From a virus: 64,000 bases of DNA. This document shows positions 37,652-46,380 of the stretch, in pieces (the stretch's first letter is position 1; each line of letters starts with the position of its first letter). A model generated the notes under the pieces. That model ran no database searches. It was not told where the DNA came from and saw only the letters and a program-made list of their open reading frames with translations. The translations under genes were made by a program, and so were the position numbers. Location of the stretch: positions 29,019 to 93,018 of the IMG/VR virus record IMGVR_UViG_3300018465_000004, one strand, 5' to 3'.

Positions 37652-38383
37652 ATGACGAACAACGACCCGCAGCTAGACCCATACGCAGCCTCCGCCCGGG
37701 ATCTGAGTTTCGGATCGCTGGACGCCGGAGTGCACGGCAACGACTGGGACCGGGAACAGCTCGGCGACGAGCAGTGGTCCTACTGGCAGTCGTTCACCCA
37801 CACCGACGACCACGGCCGCGAGCACATCCTGATCGACGGTAGCGGCGTGGTGGCCGCGCTCTGGGTGGAAGACGACCTGCGCTACTACGAGCGGCACGAG
37901 TTCGACGAGTATGCCGAGTCCCGCACGTACGAGGATGGCGACCTGTTCCCGGACGCGCTTACAGCCGACGAGTTCGAAGCGCTCTTCGAGGTGGAGCCGT
38001 TCCTGTCGAGCGTGGAAGGTCCCATGATGGCCGTGTGGTACGACTGCGCGGCCATCGGAGGAGACGAGATCACGGCCGCTGCCAAGATCCACAACCTCTC
38101 GCTCTGCGTGGTCCAGGTCGAGGAGAACTACGGCCTAGCCCTGACCGGCGGAGGCATGGATATGACGTGGGACATCGTGGCCGCGTATGTCGCGCTCGGC
38201 CAGCTCCCGCCGATTCGGTTCGCGCGCAACCTGCCGGCCATGGCCGGAGCGGGCAAGAGCGACGAGGACCGCCGATCGATCGCCGCGTGCCTGCGTAGCC
38301 TGCGAGCCGAGGCGGAAAACCTCACCAGGGAGGCGAACCGCCTCGAAGAGAACGCCGCGCGCTGGGCGATTGAAGGCGCGTAG
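37652..38383 (+). CDS. Acidic hypothetical protein
   Basis: AGGAG RBS; GPMM...LALTGGGMDMTW..AY..LG.LPP. Confidence 0.75.
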   Translation: MTNNDPQLDPYAASARDLSFGSLDAGVHGNDWDREQLGDEQWSYWQSFTHTDDHGREHILIDGSGVVAALWVEDDLRYYERHEFDEYAESRTYEDGDLFPDALTADEFEALFEVEPFLSSVEGPMMAVWYDCAAIGGDEITAAAKIHNLSLCVVQVEENYGLALTGGGMDMTWDIVAAYVALGQLPPIRFARNLPAMAGAGKSDEDRRSIAACLRSLRAEAENLTREANRLEENAARWAIEGA

Positions 38384-38400
38384 GGCGCACCACCCGCAAG

Positions 38401-38436
38401 GGCCCGGACCTGTCGCAGGTCCGGGCCTTCGCTTTT
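38401..38436 (+). terminator. Intrinsic terminator
   Basis: 12-bp stem GGCCCGGACCTG/CAGGTCCGGGCC followed by TTCGCTTTT. Confidence 0.75.
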
Positions 38437-38521
38437 GCAACCAACCTGCACCCGTCGCAGTGCTATGCACAGCCATAGCGCTATGGGAGTGTCATTGCAC
38501 CAACCCACGGAGGTACACCCC

Positions 38522-38647
38522 ATGAGCTACAAGAACGCCGCCGCCCGCCGCCGCCGCCGCGCCGAGACGCGCAAGCTCCGTTACCAGCGCCGCGACGCCC
38601 TGATGCGGGCCGCTGCCAAGCTCGCCGACCGCATCGCGCAGGGCTGA
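38522..38647 (+). CDS. Small basic protein
   Basis: GGAGGT RBS, Arg-rich. Confidence 0.55.
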   Translation: MSYKNAAARRRRRAETRKLRYQRRDALMRAAAKLADRIAQG

Positions 38648-38651
38648 GACG

Positions 38652-39218
38652 ATGGCCGCGCCGATCGTGACTAACCAGGCAATGGCCTTGACGGCTGACG
38701 ACATCGCAGCCTTCAAGCTCGCCGACTCGGTCACCTTCCACCACTACGAGGGCCGGAGTTTCATCCGCGCACACCTAGACAACACCTCGGGGGAGCGGAT
38801 CTTTACGGCGCGAGAGCAGCGCCTCTTTCAGTCCGAGCGTGACAGCAACGACAGGCATCGCGAAATCACCTGCGACGTCACCATGTACGGATACAGCCAG
38901 AACGGCTTCGAGAGTTGGAACCTGGAAAGCGCGCCGGGCGCAAGCGCGTTCCACTATGGGTTTGCCGCCAAGTACGACAAGCCTTGGCAGACAATAGCGG
39001 GGCTCCTGCGCGCAGGCGACCGCTTGCGGCTTGAATGGGTCGCAGACAACAACAACGACAACGTTCGCGGCGTTGGTTTCCACTGTGACGAACTACGTCT
39101 GATTGTGGTCCGCACCAACAAGCGCACGGACGCGTCGCACGACACCATGACCTTCCGCATCGTGACCCAGGTCGGCCCGGACAACTCCGCACGCCTCATC
39201 CGCCGCTACGGCCGCTGA
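38652..39218 (+). CDS. Hypothetical protein
   Basis: Coherent ORF in operon. Confidence 0.7.
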   Translation: MAAPIVTNQAMALTADDIAAFKLADSVTFHHYEGRSFIRAHLDNTSGERIFTAREQRLFQSERDSNDRHREITCDVTMYGYSQNGFESWNLESAPGASAFHYGFAAKYDKPWQTIAGLLRAGDRLRLEWVADNNNDNVRGVGFHCDELRLIVVRTNKRTDASHDTMTFRIVTQVGPDNSARLIRRYGR

Positions 39219-39230
39219 AAGGATGATGCA

Positions 39231-39479
39231 ATGAGCGCAGGAATCGGGCTCGCTCGTCAGCTAGCGGCCTGGTGCAGTGACGGCCTTGCCGCAACCCTCT
39301 ACCTCGTAACCGGGGGATACGCCACGTCGGACCGGTTCGAGTTTGACGAGTCCGAGGGCTTGCTCTCGTATGAGGCGCCCGGCGGCGTGCTCCACTTCAT
39401 CAACCCTGACCATGTGACCGGAATCCATTGGGGGCCGCCGGAGGATCGGGACCCGGCATGTGTCCCTGTCGCGGTCTAG
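39231..39479 (+). CDS. Small hypothetical protein
   Basis: AAGGA RBS. Confidence 0.6.
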   Translation: MSAGIGLARQLAAWCSDGLAATLYLVTGGYATSDRFEFDESEGLLSYEAPGGVLHFINPDHVTGIHWGPPEDRDPACVPVAV

Positions 39480-39589
39480 CTGCCGAGACTCACCCGAACG
39501 TCTGATGTACCGAGGCGCTAGGCGTCTGCCAAGCTAGGCGTGCGCCTAGCGCTTCGGAACCACCGCAACGAAACCCGAGGTACAGAGCA

Positions 39590-40000
39590 ATGAACATCGC
39601 CGACATCCGCGGACTCTCCGTCAATCAGCTGGTCAAGCTCGCCGATTGCGCGTCGCCGGATTCCATGACCAGTCCAGGCGCCGCGTTCCTGGAATCGGTG
39701 CGGGACGCCGTCGCCGACACGATCGAGCCCGACGGCACCCTGCGCGACGACTCGCGGCACGAGATCGCCGATGGTGCGCCCGACGTGTACACCGTCACGC
39801 GCTGGGCGGAGTTCGTGGATCTCGCGGCCTACCAGGAAGAGCCGGACTGCGGTGAATGGCCGTCGGACCTGACGGACGCGGCCGGCGTCGCGCTGTACCA
39901 GATCGCCGCGCGTCTGATCTCCGCCATTCTCGACGACATCGACACGGACGAGACCGAAGACGATGACAGTGAAGCCGACGCGGAAGGCGAGCCGGCATGA
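39590..40000 (+). CDS. Acidic Ocr-like (DNA-mimic) protein
   Basis: RHEIADGAPDVYT resembles Ocr IHMAADNAVPHYY; ALYQ helix; very acidic tail. Confidence 0.5.
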   Translation: MNIADIRGLSVNQLVKLADCASPDSMTSPGAAFLESVRDAVADTIEPDGTLRDDSRHEIADGAPDVYTVTRWAEFVDLAAYQEEPDCGEWPSDLTDAAGVALYQIAARLISAILDDIDTDETEDDDSEADAEGEPA

Positions 40001-40218
40001 CTCGTTACACTGAGGCGGACCTGGCTTGCGATGCTGGCCGACTCGCTGATTGGAGCGCCGAACTAAAGACGGCTGTCACGTTGGGCGGGCACGCTCCCCA
40101 CGTTGCCGAATTGGCGAAAGCTATCAGCACCGTTGCGAATCGCATCCTGGAACGAGAGGGACGGCCGACCGGAGTAGAGCCGACGCCCCGAAACGACGGA
40201 TACGAGCGGACTTCCTGA
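39997..40218 (+). CDS. Small hypothetical protein
   Basis: ATGA overlap. Confidence 0.55.
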   Translation: MTRYTEADLACDAGRLADWSAELKTAVTLGGHAPHVAELAKAISTVANRILEREGRPTGVEPTPRNDGYERTS

Positions 40219-40288
40219 CCCTTCGGCCGATCCGCCAGCGCTAGGCGCATGCCAAGCTCTGGCGGATCGCTCGTTAGGAGGCAACACC

Positions 40289-40618
40289 ATGGAACCCACC
40301 ACCTACACAGACGCAGATCTGGGCGCAGCCGAGGCAGGGTCAAGCCTTGGCGATGCCCGCGCGGCGGGTTACCTGCGCGCTGTCGAGTGCCCGGAGGCAC
40401 GCGCGGGCATCGTCGCAGAGGCAACCATCATGACCAACGTGACGGCCGGCTGGCGCTATGCCGATGCCGTACAGAACCGCGTCGCGGCCTACCTGCGCGG
40501 CGAGGACCCGAGGCGGTACCGCGATCTCAATGCACGGCTGATCGCGGACGATCCGCACGGCTTCAAGGCCGCCGGAGTCGCGGAAGGCGACCTAGACGCA
40601 GTCATGCGTCGGCTCTGA
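40289..40618 (+). CDS. Hypothetical protein
   Basis: AGGAGG RBS. Confidence 0.65.
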   Translation: MEPTTYTDADLGAAEAGSSLGDARAAGYLRAVECPEARAGIVAEATIMTNVTAGWRYADAVQNRVAAYLRGEDPRRYRDLNARLIADDPHGFKAAGVAEGDLDAVMRRL

Positions 40619-40632
40619 CCCACCACACGCGC

Positions 40633-40666
40633 AACGGGCCGCCCGGTCGGGCGGCCCGTTCGCTTT
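40633..40666 (+). terminator. Intrinsic terminator
   Basis: 12-bp stem AACGGGCCGCCC/GGGCGGCCCGTT then CGCTTT. Confidence 0.7.
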
Positions 40667-40755
40667 GCACCCAAGCTGCACCCGACTAGCGCTACGCGCA
40701 GCCATATCGCCGTGAAAGTATCGCTAGGTAACCCCACGCTAGGAGGTACCAAGCG

Positions 40756-41253
40756 ATGCCACGAACAGCCGAAATCCTCGCCGATCGCCAGGCGTACGCG
40801 ACCACCCTGCCGGCCGACCGCGCACCGCGCATTCTCACGTTCTCGGCCGCACTCGACGCGCACGACGTCACGCGGGCATGGGCCTACGGGTACGCGGTCC
40901 GGTACTCGATCCAGGGTGACGACACGCGGCGCGGCCTGGCCATCTGGCGCGACGACTTCAGCGAGCTTTCCGCGGGCCGCCTCGCCGACCTGCACCGCGC
41001 CGTTTTCCTGGTGGACGACGGTAAGACCGTGGTCCCGCACTACGTCGCCGGATGGAACCCCACCGCCCACCCAGGCGCCATGTTCTTGCAGCCCTACCCG
41101 ACCAACCCCAACGGCGCCACCAGGCCGGACAACGGCGAGACGATCGACTACGGCACGTGGTTCGCATCCTGCCGCGTCGCCTATCACCTCAAGGTCTCGG
41201 CTCTGTCCGTGACCCTGACGCAGGTACCGGCCGAGAACGGAGCGCAGGCATGA
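40756..41253 (+). CDS. Hypothetical protein
   Basis: AGGAGGT RBS. Confidence 0.7.
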   Translation: MPRTAEILADRQAYATTLPADRAPRILTFSAALDAHDVTRAWAYGYAVRYSIQGDDTRRGLAIWRDDFSELSAGRLADLHRAVFLVDDGKTVVPHYVAGWNPTAHPGAMFLQPYPTNPNGATRPDNGETIDYGTWFASCRVAYHLKVSALSVTLTQVPAENGAQA

Positions 41254-41711
41254 TCGACACAACGGCCTTCCGCGCGATCGTCAGGGAAGCACTCGGCGCC
41301 CGTGCAGTGATGGTGCGAGCCGGCGAGACGCACTCAGACAGCCTTTCCACGCTCACCCGTGTGATCGCATACCTCCTGGGCGCCGAGCCCAACACGCCCG
41401 GCATGCGCACGATGTTCGAGGCGGTTTCACCGGTGATCGCCGACGCGTTGCCGGAGCATGTCGCACCCCTCATGCTGACGGTGGCGGCCGAGCCGGTATC
41501 GGGGGTGCTGTACACGCTGGCGCCCGACCGGGCGCCCGTGACGTATGACAGAGCCGATGGACAGATCTACCGGGTAGAGCGCACCGGTACCGACGTGACC
41601 ACGTCCAGCGTTGCGCCGACCGACCCAGACTGGCTCACGGCGTGCGGGTACGTCCAGCGCGAGACGATCGGCTCCATCGTCGCCACCGTTTCCGGCGGTA
41701 GCTTCGGATGA
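41250..41711 (+). CDS. Hypothetical protein
   Basis: ATGA overlaps. Confidence 0.6.
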   Translation: MIDTTAFRAIVREALGARAVMVRAGETHSDSLSTLTRVIAYLLGAEPNTPGMRTMFEAVSPVIADALPEHVAPLMLTVAAEPVSGVLYTLAPDRAPVTYDRADGQIYRVERTGTDVTTSSVAPTDPDWLTACGYVQRETIGSIVATVSGGSFG

Positions 41712-41968
41712 ACGGCGAAACGGTCCACACGTGGGCGGACGCTTTCGGCGCCTGGCACGCTCGGATCACGTTCCCCGCGCCCGGGTACGGGCCGGCTCAC
41801 TTGCGCGGCGAGATCCGACGCATTCGAGCCAAGGCGCGCCGCGCGATCCGCCGTGAGATCTTGGCTCGCGAGCGTGGGCCCATCAGGGTTCGCATAGAGG
41901 TCACGGCGAATGACGAAAACAGCCAAGGGCAGATGCAATCGATCACCTTCGGGGAGCGCAAGTCATGA
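41708..41968 (+). CDS. Small basic hypothetical protein
   Basis: ATGA overlaps. Confidence 0.6.
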   Translation: MNGETVHTWADAFGAWHARITFPAPGYGPAHLRGEIRRIRAKARRAIRREILARERGPIRVRIEVTANDENSQGQMQSITFGERKS

Positions 41969-42246
41969 GCCGCAAACGAGAGACGCACGCGCAGGCCGCC
42001 ACGCGCATGCTCGGTGCGGCGGAGACTCACATGCGTGAGGCTGGTTTCTTGCGCGAGTCGACGCGGCTTGAGCTGTGCACGGACGGCACGGCCTATTGGG
42101 TCGCCTACGTCAGTGCGCCCGACCTGAACCGTTCCACGTCGGTTATCGGCGCCTCACCGCGGGATGCCGCGCGATTCGCGCACGGGTACCTGACGGCTGT
42201 GTGCGCCATCACGGGCCAGACACGGCACGGTTGCCGGCCGGACTGA
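41965..42246 (+). CDS. Small hypothetical protein
   Basis: GGGGAG RBS, ATGA overlap. Confidence 0.55.
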   Translation: MSRKRETHAQAATRMLGAAETHMREAGFLRESTRLELCTDGTAYWVAYVSAPDLNRSTSVIGASPRDAARFAHGYLTAVCAITGQTRHGCRPD

Positions 42247-42366
42247 CCTGCAACTGATTCGCACCTGACCTCTCCTCCGATCGGACGATGCGCTAGGCAC
42301 ACGCCTAGCGCATCGTTTCACCCACGCGCGTGCAGCTCCCGCGCGTTTGGGAAGGGAGACGCAACC

Positions 42367-43299
42367 ATGACCCTCGCGATTGCCAGGCCGCCGACCGACC
42401 ACCCAGAAGAGTGCACGTGTGTGCCGTGCCTCTTGGCGGACATGGATTGTCACGTCTATTCGACCTTCGGGATTGATTCCCAGAGGTACGCGGACGGCCG
42501 CAACGGTGAGAACGTCGCACCGGAGCGCACGCGCTACGCCACGCCCGGCGCCCGCTCTGGTTACGGCATTGTCCGGGAGATCTCACGCGGTCAGCTGAAC
42601 CGAATTCGCTGGATGATGGCCACGCGCGACACGTCCAAGCTTGTCCGCCTGCCCGGCTCTGAGGTGATCGAACGGATGTCGCTCCGCGGTGCCTCAGACC
42701 TCATAGACCGGCTCGAAGCATGCCCGGTGCTACCCGGCATGCCTGAGCGCCCCCCAGGGCCCTGGGAGCGTGAGGCAACGGCGCCCATGCTCGCCTACCT
42801 GCACAAGCTCTACGCGGGCAAGCAGCACACGTTTGCGCCGCTCCCGGGTTACGTGCCGTTCGCACTGGCCCGCCACTTGATTGATCAGCTCACGGATAAG
42901 CCCTGGAAACCGTGCGAGGCTACCTCTCGGCCGACCCGTACGGGTGCGCCTGCCTCGCTGGCGAAACCGATTGATGTTGGTGCGTATTTGCTGGATGGGA
43001 CCGTCTATAAAGTCCAGCGCGGGCGCGAGTCGGGCAAGCTCTACGCCAAGGTCCTGGTAAAGGTCGACCCGTACACCAAAATGGTTCGCGGTAAGGAAAA
43101 GCTCATTACCGCCGAATTCAAATACAGCGGCGCCGCGATTGTTTCGCGTTTGACTCCGGACATGCGCATGACCCTCGAAATGGCAAAGGAATACGGCGCG
43201 CAATTCGGCGTTTGCTGCGAGTGCGGCGCCGTTTTGACGGCTGAGGCATCAATTGAGGCACAAATCGGGCCGGTATGCGCGGGCAAGCTAGGCCGCTAG
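42367..43299 (+). CDS. Protein with C-terminal DUF6011-like zinc motif
   Basis: GVCCECGAVLTAEASIEAQIGPVCA. Confidence 0.7.
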   Translation: MTLAIARPPTDHPEECTCVPCLLADMDCHVYSTFGIDSQRYADGRNGENVAPERTRYATPGARSGYGIVREISRGQLNRIRWMMATRDTSKLVRLPGSEVIERMSLRGASDLIDRLEACPVLPGMPERPPGPWEREATAPMLAYLHKLYAGKQHTFAPLPGYVPFALARHLIDQLTDKPWKPCEATSRPTRTGAPASLAKPIDVGAYLLDGTVYKVQRGRESGKLYAKVLVKVDPYTKMVRGKEKLITAEFKYSGAAIVSRLTPDMRMTLEMAKEYGAQFGVCCECGAVLTAEASIEAQIGPVCAGKLGR

Positions 43300-43445
43300 C
43301 GGGCCCTCACGCGATGGCGCGGCGGGGCGAATGTCTCAGACTTTCCCCGCCGCCCCCATTGATTCGGCAACCAACTTGCAACTTGACGCTAGGCACAGCG
43401 CTAGCGCACGCTGGCCCCTTACCCCACGCGATTGGAGCCCCCCTC

Positions 43446-43952
43446 ATGTGCAAGGCCGCCATCGACTACACCCACCGCGTATCACTGCGCAAGTCCGGCG
43501 TGTACTACACGGCCGACGTGATCATCCCGGACGGATCCGACACGGGTGTCTACGGCGACGGGTGCGAGCCCGGTACCGGCGCCTACATGGAGTCCGGCTG
43601 GATCGACCCCCGTTGGAGCCGCGAGACCGTACACGAGAACCGCGATCACGTGCGCCCGGACATGTTCGAGGCATCGCAGGATGGCGACCGGCGCCGTTGG
43701 CTGGCCGATCGTCTCTCCGAGCGTGTCAACTGCCTCGACATCGACAACTACGGCAACCACTACTCCGTGCTCTACGGTGAGGCGGAAGAGCCGGATTACC
43801 GGACGGGCATCACGGTCAGCGTCGCGGCTCACCCGTACGGATTCGAGGATTGGGAGATTGAGTCCGCGCTGGACATGATCCGCCGGGAGCGCCTGCATCG
43901 CGCACGCATCGCGCGTGAGTACCTGGATCGGCTCTATCCCCGCGCGGCCTAG
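43446..43952 (+). CDS. Acidic hypothetical protein
   Basis: GGAG RBS. Confidence 0.65.
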   Translation: MCKAAIDYTHRVSLRKSGVYYTADVIIPDGSDTGVYGDGCEPGTGAYMESGWIDPRWSRETVHENRDHVRPDMFEASQDGDRRRWLADRLSERVNCLDIDNYGNHYSVLYGEAEEPDYRTGITVSVAAHPYGFEDWEIESALDMIRRERLHRARIAREYLDRLYPRAA

Positions 43953-44353
43953 CCGCTCAACCGCACGTCACGCCAAAAGTCCAAGACTTTTCCCCCGCGC
44001 CTGGTGATCCCCAAATCACCAGGCGCCCCTTCATATCTGTCCCCTACGAACCCACAAGCGGATATGAGGGCTATCTAGCTGTCACTGGCCCTAACAGGCA
44101 CCTAGCGGCCTAGCTGAGGCTCTAACCCCCAAGAGCCGGTACGTCGGCTCACACGCTTTACAGCCCCCCAGGGGCCATCCATAGGCCGGTACCGGCATGT
44201 CTACTGTCCCGTTCCCCACACGGCACCCTTAGCGCTTTAGGAGCAAGTTGGGTGCAACCCTGCATATCCCTTGGGGATAGCACTGTGCCTAGCGCATGGT
44301 TGGCGCTGGTGCTGCTCATGGCGCCGACCGGCCGCACGGGTAGGGGGTAGGCA

Positions 44354-44731
44354 ATGGAGATCACGGTTGACATGGCAGAGGTGATCCTCGGCTATGTGGA
44401 GTGCGCACTGTGGAGTGAGCTTGACGATGCCGGCATGCCGCTTGACCAGCGGTTTGACCAGTCCGACGTCACGGCCGACGCGCTCACGGCGATGGCCAGT
44501 GAGCTGCAAGATTTCGTCGCCGGATGCCTCGCGGAGCGGCCGGAGATCTTCGACGGTATGGAGCCCGGACAGATCGGTCATGACTTTTGGCTCACGCGCA
44601 ACCGGTACGGCGCGGGTTTTTGGGACCGCGGTCTAGGCGAGCGTGGGCAATGGCTCACCGACATGGCGCACCCCTACGGGTCCGCGATGCTGTACGTGAC
44701 CGATTCGGGACGCGTCGAATTCGTCAGCTAG
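44354..44731 (+). CDS. Acidic phage protein (GHDFWLTRN..GAGFWDR type)
   Basis: Motif I recall from phage hypothetical proteins. Confidence 0.7.
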   Translation: MEITVDMAEVILGYVECALWSELDDAGMPLDQRFDQSDVTADALTAMASELQDFVAGCLAERPEIFDGMEPGQIGHDFWLTRNRYGAGFWDRGLGERGQWLTDMAHPYGSAMLYVTDSGRVEFVS

Positions 44732-44868
44732 GCCGCTCGATAATGGGGATTATCGTGTGCCCGATCGGCCGGAGAGATTCGACCGATCGGGCTACGCGTG
44801 TGCCTAGCGCTAAGGTAGCGTTGTCCCTGGTAGGCCGCCCTAACGGCCGGAGCGATGGGAGCGCAGCA

Positions 44869-45111
44869 ATGAGCCTCGACAGCATCAACGACCGGCTTCA
44901 GCAATCGCCCGACGCACAGCGCGCGTGGGACGTGCTGGCAAGCGTTTCCGACGGCATGCTGCGCAAGCTGTGCGACTTGAACCACCTGGAAACGGGCGGC
45001 AAGCGGGACGCGCTCACCTATCGATTGATTGCCGACGTGCACGGCAACACTGCGGCCGGTGCGGAGCGCATCGCCCGGTCGCTCGGCGCCTCTCTGCTTG
45101 GGGGTTTGTGA
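44869..45111 (+). CDS. Small hypothetical protein
   Basis: GGGAG RBS. Confidence 0.55.
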   Translation: MSLDSINDRLQQSPDAQRAWDVLASVSDGMLRKLCDLNHLETGGKRDALTYRLIADVHGNTAAGAERIARSLGASLLGGL

Positions 45112-45114
45112 GCC

Positions 45115-45453
45115 ATGCGCACCTACACCGGAGAGCAACTGTCAACCATCATCGATGCCCTTGTGACCACGAACGGGCCGGATGCCCTGATAGAGCGCCT
45201 GTTAATGGACTACCGGGAGACGCGTGCGCGTGAGTTGCCATCGGGCCCCATCACTAAGTGGGATGCCCTGCACACGCATGAGCGGGCCCAGCTGGAACGC
45301 ACGCCATTCATGGATGGCGTGCAGCTCTGTAGCGGATGCGGCACGCCGCTACCCACTGAGGCGGCATTCGCACAGCACTTCACAGTGACCGATCGGCGCT
45401 ATCTCAACCTTGGCTCATGTGGAGCCGCTACGCGCACGGACGGAGCGGCCTAG
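45115..45453 (+). CDS. Hypothetical protein with C-terminal CxxC
   Basis: CSGCG; in-frame TTA codon at 45202. Confidence 0.55.
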   Translation: MRTYTGEQLSTIIDALVTTNGPDALIERLLMDYRETRARELPSGPITKWDALHTHERAQLERTPFMDGVQLCSGCGTPLPTEAAFAQHFTVTDRRYLNLGSCGAATRTDGAA

Positions 45454-45590
45454 CACTCACCTACCAGGCGCGCCCGTTAGGCGCTTAGCGGCCAGCACAG
45501 AGGGCCGGATGGGGGTCTAAGGACATGTCCTTAGACCCCCTCAGCGCGAGCCGCTGCGCGGTAGCACCCCACCAGCCAATTCAGAGACTC

Positions 45591-45780
45591 CAAGATCAAC
45601 TTCTACTGGACACCACTACAAGCAATTCCCGACCGCAAGATCAACTTCTATTAGCTCACCTACAGCGGAATGGCAGGCAGTCAAGATCAACTAGCGCTTT
45701 AACCACTCCAAATTGGTCACCGGTCCAAGATCACTTAATAGCTGCCTATTCATCGAAGATTCTCTAGATCAACTCACTCC
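45591..45780. repeat. Degenerate ~45-bp tandem array with core CAAGATCAACT; candidate iterons/origin
   Basis: AGATC cores start at 45593, 45638, 45684, 45728, 45766; AT-rich, non-coding. Confidence 0.75.
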
Positions 45781-45983
45781 ATAATGTCTAGCGCTGTCCA
45801 GGGATGACCACTATTTCCAGGGCTTCAACCCGGGGGAAAATACAAATCCGGGGCTCCAACTTGTGCATCCCCGGCTCCTGTCCACTATGGGCAGGTATCC
45901 CGTCCACATAGTCCATTGCCAGCTGATGGCGATCTATGAACCACCTACACGGACAGTAACGGAAAACATATTTGGGCCCGGGT

Positions 45984-46178
45984 TTAGTTCCCCTCCTCGT
46001 GACTCTCGGTATAGATCCGGCCTAGTTGATCTACGTTGACTCCGCAGGCCATCAGGATGACCTCTTCCCGGCTGTATCCGCGCTCGTAGAGCGCCGCTAC
46101 GAGCTGGCGGAGGTCGTTGGCGATCTCAACCTCGAACAGCTCGGCGTCGACGGTGCCCGGTTCGGGGATCTCCTCCAT
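45984..46178 (-). CDS. Small acidic protein
   Basis: GAAGGAG RBS. Confidence 0.55.
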   Translation of the reverse strand: MEEIPEPGTVDAELFEVEIANDLRQLVAALYERGYSREEVILMACGVNVDQLGRIYTESHEEGN

Positions 46179-46380
46179 GGCTTTGCTCCTTCCCTCGCTC
46201 TTCAGGTCCGGGGAAGGGGCTTGGCGTTGGCCGGTTCGTTCAAGATCTTTTGAGTTCCTTCCCTCCTGGCTTAGAGCGGGGGAGGGGCGGATGTATGAGC
46301 CAGGGCAGCCAAGATCTTTGGGGGCGGGCTGTCCACCTTGAGGGTGATCGCCGCTCCGCCAGCGCGATCGTTGGGCGTGC

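Larger units (their letters stand above)
36882..44810. repeat. Dispersed 22-bp palindrome family GCGCTAGG-N6-CCTAGCGC
   Basis: Copies at 36882, 36960 (half), 37548, 38460, 39515, 39531, 40238, 40689, 42290, 43386, 44274, 44789; half-site at 1436-1457. Confidence 0.85.

Noticed and set aside
45591-45780. CRISPR mini-array
   Set aside because: Repeat only about 11-15 nt, not palindromic, decays quickly; spacers resemble each other; no cas genes in the window
45875-45912. Host oriC-like DnaA-box cluster
   Set aside because: Only two imperfect GTCCAC words; too weak against the TTGTCCACA consensus
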